From assembly GCA_963768415.1 (NCBI GenBank), contig CAVYHX010000042.1:118-64117 (forward strand): a stretch of DNA of 64,000 nucleotides. The letters run 5' to 3'. The notes beneath the pieces were generated by a model. The model was not told the origin of the DNA, did not search any database, and saw nothing but the letters and a program-made list of their open reading frames with translations. This DNA is from an uncultured Gammaproteobacteria bacterium. GTDB lineage: Bacteria > Pseudomonadota > Gammaproteobacteria > UBA9214. Shown here piece after piece: positions 10,371 through 19,021 of this stretch (positions within the stretch are counted from its first letter, which is position 1; every line of letters begins with the position of its first letter). A program made the position numbers and the translations under genes.

Positions 10371-11558
10371 TCAGAGCCGTCCGCGCTGGTCCTGCATGCG
10401 GAAACCGGGTACCGGCTGCTCCAGGGCGCGTGTCAGTCCGATGCACTTGAAACGCTCACCCATTTCGCCCGGGAGAATGAGTGTCTTCGCCTGCTGCGCC
10501 AGTCTGATATAGCCGACGCTGTCGGTGGGGCCGGCTGCCTGCAGGTATTCATCCAGGCCACTGTCGAGGAGGAAATGCGCCTGGGTGGTATAACCGGACA
10601 CTGCGAGCCCGGCGGCGTCAGCCGCCTCCGCCACGGCGGTAAAATCGACGTGCGCGGTGATATCCTGCAACCCGGGCCATACCAGCGGATCATCATGCGC
10701 GCGCTGCCGGTAATGGCACATCAGCGTGCCGGCTGACCGTTGCGGGTGATAGTACTCATGCCGGGGGTAGCCGTAATCGATCAGCAGCAACAGCCCGCGC
10801 TCGAGCCGGTCTGAAACACTTCGCACCCAGGGAGTCAATCCGGTATTGAGTTCGGATACATAACCGGGCGCCAGCGCGCATTCGGCGGCCAGCTTGCGGA
10901 TGACGGCAAGCAATGAACGGTCCTCCACATCACGCCGTTGCCAGGCAAAACCGGATGCGCCGGAGGTCACATGCAAGATACCGGCGCTGTCACCCTTCCA
11001 GTAAAACCGCTCGACCGCCATGGCATCCAGCACTTCGTTGGCCAGCATCACACCGCGGAATCCCGCCTCCGGCAGGGTCTCCAGCCAGGTGACGCGCTGC
11101 GCCAGCCGTGGCGCATATTCATCCAGGGTTTGCTGTTGCCGCTGCCGAAGATCGGCGCTGCGCTCCAGAATGAAATAGTGCGCGGGCAGGCTGCCCGGCG
11201 CTTCCAGCGCGGTCAGCAGATCCGCAGCGAGCCTGCCACTGCCGGCACCGAATTCGAGAATATCGCCACCACCGAGCATCTCCAGCACCGCGCCGCAGGA
11301 ACGCGCCAGGCAGCGCCCGAACAGGGGTGAGATCTCGGGCGCGGTGACGAAGTCTCCACCGGCGCCGAATTTAGGCAAGCCCGCACTGTAGTACCCCAGA
11401 CCGGGGGCATACAGGCACAACTCCATGAAACGGGAAAACGGAAGCGCGCCACCGGCCGCGACGATTTCCGCATCGATAACCCGGGCAAGCTCCCTGCTGA
11501 GCGCTGCCGCGGCTGCTGTGGGTGCAGGTAATTCTATGGCACTGTTCCGGGTGGACAT
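10371..11558 (-). CDS. SAM-dependent methyltransferase, MidA/NDUFAF7 family
   Basis: FMELCLYAPGLGYY, GDFVTAPEISPLFG, LEFGAGSG, ANEVLDA, IDYGY, QDITAHVDF, EMGERFK. Confidence 0.92.
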   Translation of the reverse strand: MSTRNSAIELPAPTAAAAALSRELARVIDAEIVAAGGALPFSRFMELCLYAPGLGYYSAGLPKFGAGGDFVTAPEISPLFGRCLARSCGAVLEMLGGGDILEFGAGSGRLAADLLTALEAPGSLPAHYFILERSADLRQRQQQTLDEYAPRLAQRVTWLETLPEAGFRGVMLANEVLDAMAVERFYWKGDSAGILHVTSGASGFAWQRRDVEDRSLLAVIRKLAAECALAPGYVSELNTGLTPWVRSVSDRLERGLLLLIDYGYPRHEYYHPQRSAGTLMCHYRQRAHDDPLVWPGLQDITAHVDFTAVAEAADAAGLAVSGYTTQAHFLLDSGLDEYLQAAGPTDSVGYIRLAQQAKTLILPGEMGERFKCIGLTRALEQPVPGFRMQDQRGRL

Positions 11559-11593
11559 GGAAACGACATGGATGGCTTACCTGCAAGCCATGC

Positions 11594-12097
11594 TCAGGTA
11601 TCAGCCGCAGGAGCCGGCCAGTCGACACGCGTTAGTTGCTGTTGCGAATCGTCGAACTCCGCCCACATGTCGGCATAACGCTCGCCGGTCACCGGGTGCT
11701 TTTTCGAGCCGGCGATCTCGGCCAGCGGGCCAAGGACAAAGGCGTAGCGTTCTATGTCGTTGCGCGGCAGCTTCAACCTGTATTCATCGATAACGAGATC
11801 GTCGTAGAGCAGCAGGTCCAGGTCGAGTGTCCGCGCAGCCATCGCGCCACCGCGCACCCTGCCACTGGCTGCCTCAATGTCATGCAGATGTGTTTGCACC
11901 GCGCGCGCTGATTTATCAGTATCGAAAGCCACCACGAGGTTATAGAACGGCGCACTGTCGAAACCCACCGCGTCACTTTCGTATATGGAAGATTGTTCCA
12001 GGTCACCGTAGTCTGTTTGCAGCTGCCGCAGTGCCGCCTCGATACTCTGTTCGCGCTCGATATTGCTGCCGATACTGACATAAACCCGCGCACACAT
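11594..12097 (-). CDS. folK: 2-amino-4-hydroxy-6-hydroxymethyldihydropteridine diphosphokinase
   Basis: VYVSIGSN, SSIYES, FYNLVV, ARTLDLDLLLY, AFVLGPLAEI. Confidence 0.93.
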   Translation of the reverse strand: MCARVYVSIGSNIEREQSIEAALRQLQTDYGDLEQSSIYESDAVGFDSAPFYNLVVAFDTDKSARAVQTHLHDIEAASGRVRGGAMAARTLDLDLLLYDDLVIDEYRLKLPRNDIERYAFVLGPLAEIAGSKKHPVTGERYADMWAEFDDSQQQLTRVDWPAPAADT

Positions 12098-12114
12098 TTC
12101 CCGCTACCGTCCCG

Positions 12115-12483
12115 TTATGCGTCTGGCCGGCTGCCGCGCTCGATGATGACGCCCACATCACGCGAGCCACGCACGGCACCCGGTTTGTGGACCGTCAATC
12201 TCACCCAGGGAACATCAAATTCATCCAGCACGATAGCGGCGATTTTCTCGGCCAGTGTCTCGACCAGCTGGTATTCACTGTCAGCGACAAACGCGATCAG
12301 CCGCTTGGCAACCGCCTTGTAGTTCAGGGTATCGTCAATGGCATCCGTACCGGCTGCCTTGCGGATATCCGCACCCATTTCCAGATCCAGGCTGATGGTT
12401 TGCCTGACCTTGCGCTCCCAGTCATAGATACCGATGATGGTTTCGATACGCAGGTCGTTGATAAAGACAATATCCATAAGCAT
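12115..12483 (-). CDS. folB: Dihydroneopterin aldolase
   Basis: DIVFINDL...IIGIYDWER..RQ, LNYKAV, LVETLAE, KPGAV....VGV.IER. Confidence 0.95.
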   Translation of the reverse strand: MLMDIVFINDLRIETIIGIYDWERKVRQTISLDLEMGADIRKAAGTDAIDDTLNYKAVAKRLIAFVADSEYQLVETLAEKIAAIVLDEFDVPWVRLTVHKPGAVRGSRDVGVIIERGSRPDA

Positions 12484-12604
12484 GCCGCCGTTGTTAAGTG
12501 CCGTTCAATATAGAGCCTTGTTGCCCCGATGGCCAGTATGTACGCACATGCTGCACGCCATTATTGCTTGACGTTCGCGCGCTTAACGACTCCAATGGTG
12601 CACC

Positions 12605-13210
12605 ATGACTGTCCATTACCTGCTGGTCTTCGGCGGCTATTTGTGCGGATCGATTTCCACGGCGATCATCGTCTGCAAACTGATGGGCCTGCCGGACCCG
12701 CGTAGCGAGGGATCGCGCAATCCGGGCGCGACCAATGTCGCGCGCCTGGGAGGCAAACGCGCTGCCGCATTGACCCTGGCCGGCGATATGCTGAAAGGCC
12801 TGCTGCCGGTGGTGCTGGCCAGGGCAATCGGTGCCGGCCCCGAGATCCTCGCCGCCACGGCACTGGCCGCCTTTCTCGGCCATCTCTATCCGGTGTTTTT
12901 CGGGTTCATCGGCGGCAAGGGTGTCGCCACGGCATTCGGCGTGGTGTTTGGCCTGGACTGGCGCGTCGGTCTCCTGAGCATTGGCGCCTGGCTCGTCATG
13001 GCCCTGCTGTTCCGGTATTCCTCGCTGGCCGCCCTGACGGCCATGCTGCTGGTACCCGCCGGCTTGTGGTGGCTGCAAGGTGACACCGTCTCCGTTGCCC
13101 TGATGACACTGATGGTGGTCATCCTGTACTGGCGTCATCGCAGCAACATCCGCAATCTGCTCAGTGGCGCCGAAGAAAAGATCTCGTTTGGCGCCAAACG
13201 CAGCCCGTAA
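12605..13210 (+). CDS. plsY: Glycerol-3-phosphate acyltransferase
   Basis: YLCGSI, DPRSEGSRNPGATNV, GDMLKG, GHLYP, GGKGVATAFG, RHRSNIRNL. Confidence 0.96.
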   Translation: MTVHYLLVFGGYLCGSISTAIIVCKLMGLPDPRSEGSRNPGATNVARLGGKRAAALTLAGDMLKGLLPVVLARAIGAGPEILAATALAAFLGHLYPVFFGFIGGKGVATAFGVVFGLDWRVGLLSIGAWLVMALLFRYSSLAALTAMLLVPAGLWWLQGDTVSVALMTLMVVILYWRHRSNIRNLLSGAEEKISFGAKRSP

Positions 13211-13219
13211 CCGGCAGCA

Positions 13220-14241
13220 CTACGTCTCGGTCACCCGCACCAGTTCCTCCAGTGACCAGCGTGGCCTGGCCCTGATGCTCATGCTCTCCACCTGACCGGC
13301 CTGCAGGCGGCAATAACCTGCATACGCAATCATGGCGCCGTTGTCGGTGCAGAACTCCGTGCGTGGATAACAGATCCGTCCGGCCACGCTGTCCATGAGT
13401 TCACCCAGACGCGCGCGCAGCCGCCGGTTCGCACCGACCCCGCCGGCGATCACCAGCGTGTTCAATCCGGTCTGCGCGAGCGCCCGGCGACACTTGATCG
13501 CCAGGGTGTCGACCACGGCATCTTCAAATGCCCGGGCGATATCCGCACGGTCCTGGTCCGTCTGCCGGGTATCCCGCCAGGTATTCATGGCAAAGGTCTT
13601 CAGGCCGCTGAAACTGAAATCCAGCCCGGGCCGGTCCGTCATCGGCCGCGGAAAGCGGAAGCGGTCCGGATCACCCTGCAGCGCCAGGCCGCCAGCGCCG
13701 GGCCGCCCGGATAACCCAGGCCCAGCAGCTTGGCCGTCTTGTCAAAGGCCTCGCCCACCGCGTCATCGACGGAATCCCCCAGCACCCGGTACTGCCCGAC
13801 TCCCAGGACCTCGACCAGCAGGCTGTGCCCGCCGGAGACCAGCAGGGCAAGAAAGGGAAAGGTGGGCGGCTCCGGCTCCAGCATCGGCGCCAGCAGGTGC
13901 CCTTCCATATGATGAATGCCGAGCGCCGGGATCCCCCAGGTCCAGGCCAGGCTGCGCCCGATGGTCGCCCCCACCAGCAGGGCGCCCACCAGACCCGGGC
14001 CGGCCGTATAGGCGACGCCCTCGATCTCGCCCGGGGTAATTCCTGCATTATCAACAACCTGACTAATCAGCGGCAACAGTTTACGGACATGGTCCCGGGA
14101 GGCCAGCTCGGGCACCACCCCGCCATAGCGGGCATGCAGCTCGATCTGGCTGTAGAGAGCATGCGCCAGCAAACCGCCGCTGCCGGCATAGATGGCCACG
14201 CCGGTCTCATCGCAGGAGGTTTCGATTCCAAGCACGCGCAT
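13220..14241 (-). CDS. tsaD: tRNA N6-adenosine threonylcarbamoyltransferase (one frameshift near 13688)
   Basis: [47 protein letters not shown], then FSFSGLKT and [10 protein letters not shown] in the adjacent frame. Confidence 0.96.
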
Positions 14242-14284
14242 GGCGTCTATGGTAAACGCCAGAGCTTGTTACACAAGGAAATTT

Positions 14285-14313
14285 TTGCCTTTTGCGCGCG
14301 ACGTGGTTAGAAT
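14285..14313 (+). promoter_or_regulatory. Putative sigma70 promoter of rpsU-yqeY-dnaG-rpoD
   Basis: TTGCCT-17 bp-TAGAAT, 36 bp upstream of the rpsU start. Confidence 0.6.
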
Positions 14314-14349
14314 TCGCAGCCCTCACTAAATGTAGTCGCTGGAATTTAT

Positions 14350-14565
14350 ATGCCAAATGTACGTGTAAAAGATAACGAACCGTTCGAGATCGCATTGCGC
14401 CGCTTCAAGCGCGCCTGTGAAAAGGCCGGAATTCTGTCCGAAGTCCGGCGCCGGGAGTTCTACGAGAAACCCACACAGGAACGCAAACGCAAGATGGCGG
14501 CCGCCGTCAAGCGCACCCAGAAAAAAGTCTCCCGCGAATTCGCACGCCGCGTACGTCTCTACTAG
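14350..14565 (+). CDS. rpsU: 30S ribosomal protein S21
   Basis: [42 protein letters not shown]. Confidence 0.98.
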   Translation: MPNVRVKDNEPFEIALRRFKRACEKAGILSEVRRREFYEKPTQERKRKMAAAVKRTQKKVSREFARRVRLY

Positions 14566-14586
14566 CACCGTTTTCTGACAGCACGC

Positions 14587-15030
14587 ATGTCCCTCAAGGA
14601 GCGCATTCTGCAGGACGTGAAGGATGCCATGCGCGCCAAGGACAAGCCGCGCCTGGGGGCCATTCGCCTGATCACCGCAGCCATCAAGCAGCGCGAAGTC
14701 GACGAACGTATCGAACTGGATGACACACAGGTCATCAATGTGCTCGACAAGATGGCGAAGCAACGGCGCGAATCCATCAGCCAGTTCGAACAGGCCGGCC
14801 GCGACGACCTGATCGCGCAGGAAGTCTTCGAGCTTGAATTGATCCAGACCTACCTCCCGGAACAACTCAGCGAACAGGAACTGCAGGCACTCATCGAGAA
14901 AGCGCTGCAACAAACCGGTGCGACCACCATCAAGGACATGGGCAAGGTCATGGGGCAGCTGAAACCCGGGCTGCAGGGCCGTGCCGACATGAGCGCCGTC
15001 AGCGCCATGATCAAGGCCCGGCTGGGCTGA
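14587..15030 (+). CDS. GatB/YqeY domain protein
   Basis: DVKDAMRAKDK, AAIKQREVDER, KQRRESI.QF..AGRDDL, YLPEQLS, DMGKVMG, GRADM. Confidence 0.93.
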   Translation: MSLKERILQDVKDAMRAKDKPRLGAIRLITAAIKQREVDERIELDDTQVINVLDKMAKQRRESISQFEQAGRDDLIAQEVFELELIQTYLPEQLSEQELQALIEKALQQTGATTIKDMGKVMGQLKPGLQGRADMSAVSAMIKARLG

Positions 15031-15133
15031 CAAGCACCCCGGATCAGAAAATTACCCGGATCCCACCGGGCTGTTCCCCCGCTATCGATACTGTTTCTTT
15101 CCTTCAGCCTGGTTCCCTTTTACCCTTGAATGC

Positions 15134-16900
15134 ATGGCCGGCCGCATCCCCCAAGCATTTATCGATGAACTGCTGACCCGTACCGATATTGTCGAGGTCA
15201 TCGATACGCGCGTGCAGCTGAAAAAAGCCGGGCGTGAATACAAGGCCTGTTGCCCGTTTCACAATGAAAACACCCCTTCTTTCACCGTCAGCCAGGTAAA
15301 GCAGTTCTATCATTGTTTCGGTTGCGGTGCGCACGGCAGCGCGATCAGTTTTCTCATGGAATACGAACACATGGAGTTCGTGGAAGCGGTAGAGGAGCTG
15401 GCCCGCCGCGCCGGGCTGGAGATACCGCGTGAAGCGGGCACGGACAGCCAACCGGTACCCGCGACCCGGCCACACTACGCCCTGCTGGCACAGGCGGCCG
15501 AATACTATCAGGCCCAGTTGCGCAGCCATGCGCAGGCGGAACAGGCGGTGGACTATCTCAGGCAGCGCGGCCTGACCGGCGAAATCGCGGCACGCTTCAA
15601 CATCGGTTTTGCCCCCCCCGGCTGGGATAATCTGACGGGCGCCATGGCCACCGACAGCGACACCCGGCGCATATTGCTGGAACTCGGACTGCTGATCGAG
15701 CGTGACAGCGGCAGCGGGGTTTACGACCGCTTTCGTGACCGGATCATGTTTCCGATCCATGACCAGCGCGGCCGCACCATCGCGTTCGGTGGCCGGGTAC
15801 TCGGTGACGGGGAACCGAAATATCTCAATAGTCCCGAGTCGGTGGTGTTTCACAAGGGGCGCGAGCTGTATGGCCTGTACGAGGCACGCAAGGCGGTCCG
15901 CCAACTCGAGCGCATCCTGGTGGTGGAAGGCTATATGGATGTCGTGGCACTCGCCCAGTTCGATATCAACTATGCCGTGGCCACCCTGGGTACGGCCACC
16001 ACCCACGAACACCTGGAACGCCTGTTCCGCACGGTGCCCGAAGTCGTGTTCTGCTTTGACGGTGACCGCGCCGGACGGGAAGCGGCCTGGCGGGCACTGG
16101 AAAACACCCTGCCGGTCCTTCACGACGGGCGCGAGGCCCGGTTTCTGTTTCTGCCGGAAGGTGAGGATCCCGACTCGCAGGTGCGCAAGACCGGCACGGA
16201 GGCATTCGAACAGGACATCGCCAGCGCCACGCATCTGTCTGACTTTTTCTTTGAGCGCCTGGCGGCGCAAGTCGACATGGACAGCATCGACGGCCGTGCA
16301 CGCCTGGTGGATCTGGCGCGGCCACTGCTGGCGAAGCTCCCGAAGAGCGTATTCCGCCAGCTGATGGTAGAACGTCTGGCAGAGCTCGCCCGGACTGACG
16401 CCGGTCGCCTGGCCGGCCACCTGGACAGTCCGCCACCGCAGACCGCGCCCCCGGCCCGCAGCGGCAGCACCCGGGCAGCAACCCCGGGCGCGAAAAGCCG
16501 GGTGCGGCAGGCCATCGAACTGCTGCTGTACCAGCCGGCACTGGCCGGGGGCGTGGTCAGACCGCCACTGCTGGAACAATGTGACCTGCCCGGTGTCTCA
16601 CTGCTTATTGAATTACTGGATCTTTTACAGGCGCAACCGGGTCTGACGACCGGGGCGCTGCTCGAGCACTGGCGCGGGCGCGATGAGGGCCGGTACCTGC
16701 ACAAGCTGGCCGCCTGGAATCCCGCTGTGGAGGATCTGGAGCTGCAGGCGGATCTGCAACGCTGCCTGAACGGAATACAACGCCAACACATTGAAAATCG
16801 TATAGAAATATTGAATGAAGAACAGAGTCGGCGGCCCCTGAGCAAGGCGGAAAAACAGGAATACGGGGAGCTGCTGGTCCAGCACCACGCCTCCCGCTAA
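15134..16900 (+). CDS. dnaG: DNA primase
   Basis: Zinc finger CPFHNE...HCFGC, YDRFRDRIMFPI, KYLNSPE, TOPRIM motifs VVEGYMDV and FDGDRAG, GEDPD. Confidence 0.98.
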   Translation: MAGRIPQAFIDELLTRTDIVEVIDTRVQLKKAGREYKACCPFHNENTPSFTVSQVKQFYHCFGCGAHGSAISFLMEYEHMEFVEAVEELARRAGLEIPREAGTDSQPVPATRPHYALLAQAAEYYQAQLRSHAQAEQAVDYLRQRGLTGEIAARFNIGFAPPGWDNLTGAMATDSDTRRILLELGLLIERDSGSGVYDRFRDRIMFPIHDQRGRTIAFGGRVLGDGEPKYLNSPESVVFHKGRELYGLYEARKAVRQLERILVVEGYMDVVALAQFDINYAVATLGTATTHEHLERLFRTVPEVVFCFDGDRAGREAAWRALENTLPVLHDGREARFLFLPEGEDPDSQVRKTGTEAFEQDIASATHLSDFFFERLAAQVDMDSIDGRARLVDLARPLLAKLPKSVFRQLMVERLAELARTDAGRLAGHLDSPPPQTAPPARSGSTRAATPGAKSRVRQAIELLLYQPALAGGVVRPPLLEQCDLPGVSLLIELLDLLQAQPGLTTGALLEHWRGRDEGRYLHKLAAWNPAVEDLELQADLQRCLNGIQRQHIENRIEILNEEQSRRPLSKAEKQEYGELLVQHHASR

Positions 16901-16949
16901 GCGCCGCTGCCCATCGCGGTCTGGGCTCGCAGGAGCGCCGGGCCATTGA

Positions 16950-16978
16950 CTTGTTTAGCGCTTGGCCCGTCCCCATGT
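16950..16978 (+). promoter_or_regulatory. Putative sigma32 (heat-shock) promoter of rpoD
   Basis: CTTGTTT-14 bp-CCCCATGT versus the consensus CTTGAAA-N13/14-CCCCATNT. rpoD has a sigma32 promoter in E. coli. Confidence 0.45.
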
Positions 16979-17055
16979 ACTAGACTATACTGGTGGATTA
17001 ACTTGGCCCCCTTACAGTGACTAGAACCGGGCATTTAACATGCCTGTAGACGACT

Positions 17056-18874
17056 ATGGATAAAGCACAACAATCGCGCCTGAAACTCCTGATTGAAAAA
17101 GGCAAGGAGCAGGGCTTCCTGACCTACGCGGAAGTCAACGATCACCTGCCTGATGAAATCGTCGATCCCCAGCAGATCGAGGACATCATTGGCATGATCA
17201 ATGATATGGGCATCCTGGTGCATGAAGTCGCACCGGATACCGACTCGCTGTTGCTGGCAAGCACCAAGAACACCGCTGATGATGATGCGGCCGAAGAAGC
17301 GGCTGCAACCCTGGTCACCGTTGACAGTGAATTCGGCAGAACCACGGACCCGGTACGCATGTACATGCGTGAAATGGGCACCGTGGAGCTGCTGACTCGC
17401 GAAGGTGAAATCGTCATCGCCAAGCGTATCGAGGATGGCCTCAATCAGGTCCTGCACGCACTGGCCTCATTTCCCGAGTCATCGGCAACCCTGCTGCGCG
17501 GCTACGAGCGCGTCGTAGCAGAGGAGATGCGCCTGAATGACCTGATCAGCGGCTTCGTCGATCCCGATGCCGATGACGTGATCCCGCCCGCCGCAGGCAC
17601 CCAATACCGGAGCGGCAGCAAGCAGCAGCAATGACGATGACGAGGTTGTCGTCGACACCGGGCCGGACCCGGAGGAAGCCAAGATAAACTTCGCCGCGAT
17701 CGCAAAGAACTACAAGCAGCTGATCGCAGCTGTGGACAAGGGCGGGGCAAATGCTGCCCGCATCCAGAAATTGCGCGACCAGTTGACCGAACGCTTCCTG
17801 GCACTCAAGGTCGTGCCCCGGGTGATCGACATCATCACCACCAACCTGCGCCATGCCATCGGGCGTATCCGCTCGAACGAACGCGCCATCATGGATATCT
17901 GCGTCAGCCGGGTCGGCATGACACGCAAGGAATTCATCACCTCCTTCCCGAACAATGAAACGAACCTTGCATGGGTTGACGAACAGGCAAACGCCGGACA
18001 CAAGTATTCAGCACAACTGGCGCAGTACCGGGATGAAATCCTGCGCGCCCAGAACAAGCTGATTACGATCCAGTCCAATGCGCACATGACGATTCACGAG
18101 ATCAAGGAAATCAACCGGCGCATGTCGATCGGCGAGGCCAAGGCACGCCGCGCCAAGAAGGAAATGGTCGAGGCCAACCTGCGCCTGGTCATCTCGATTG
18201 CCAAGAAATACACCAATCGTGGCCTGCAGTTCCTCGACCTGATCCAGGAAGGCAATATCGGCCTGATGAAGGCGGTGGACAAGTTCGAATACCGCCGCGG
18301 CTACAAGTTCTCGACCTATGCCACCTGGTGGATACGGCAGGCCATCACCCGGTCGATCGCCGACCAGGCGCGCACCATCCGTATCCCGGTGCACATGATC
18401 GAGACCATCAACAAGCTCAACCGCATCTCCCGCCAGATGCTGCAGGAGATCGGCCGCGAGCCGACGCCGGAAGAACTGGCCGAACGCATGGACATGCCGG
18501 AAGACAAGGTACGCAAGGTACTCAAGATCGCCAAGGAACCGATCTCCATGGAGACCCCGATCGGCGACGACGAGGATTCGCACCTGGGCGACTTCATCGA
18601 GGATTCCAACATCGATTCGCCTATCGATTCCGCCTCCATGGAAGGGCTGAAAGAGGCGACCCAGGGCGTACTGTCCGGCCTGACGCCGCGCGAAGCCAAG
18701 GTACTGCGCATGCGCTTCGGTATCGACATGAATACCGATCACACCCTGGAAGAAGTCGGCAAGCAGTTCGACGTCACCCGGGAACGCATTCGCCAGATCG
18801 AGGCCAAGGCCCTGCGCAAGCTGCGCCACCCGACCCGCTCGGAACCGCTGCGCAGTTTTCTGGAAATCGAATAA
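17056..18874 (+). CDS. rpoD: RNA polymerase sigma factor RpoD (one frameshift near 17597)
   Basis: Region 1.1 [27 protein letters not shown], then [27 protein letters not shown] and [13 protein letters not shown] in the next frame. Confidence 0.98.
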
Positions 18875-18889
18875 CAGGCATACGCGGTG

Positions 18890-18918
18890 TTGGTCAGCAA
18901 TGACCGCGCCGCTATACT
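18890..18918 (+). promoter_or_regulatory. Putative sigma70 promoter of the tRNA
   Basis: TTGGTC-17 bp-TATACT, 17 bp upstream of the tRNA. Confidence 0.5.
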
Positions 18919-18935
18919 CTCCGCTGTGATTTATC

Positions 18936-19012
<77 letters not shown>

Positions 19013-19021
19013 TCCTCAGAA

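Noticed and set aside
17056-18874. Split rpoD (and other split genes) as programmed frameshifting or pseudogenes
   Set aside because: The indels are scattered across many essential genes without slippery-site or stimulator signals, which is typical of uncorrected long-read error
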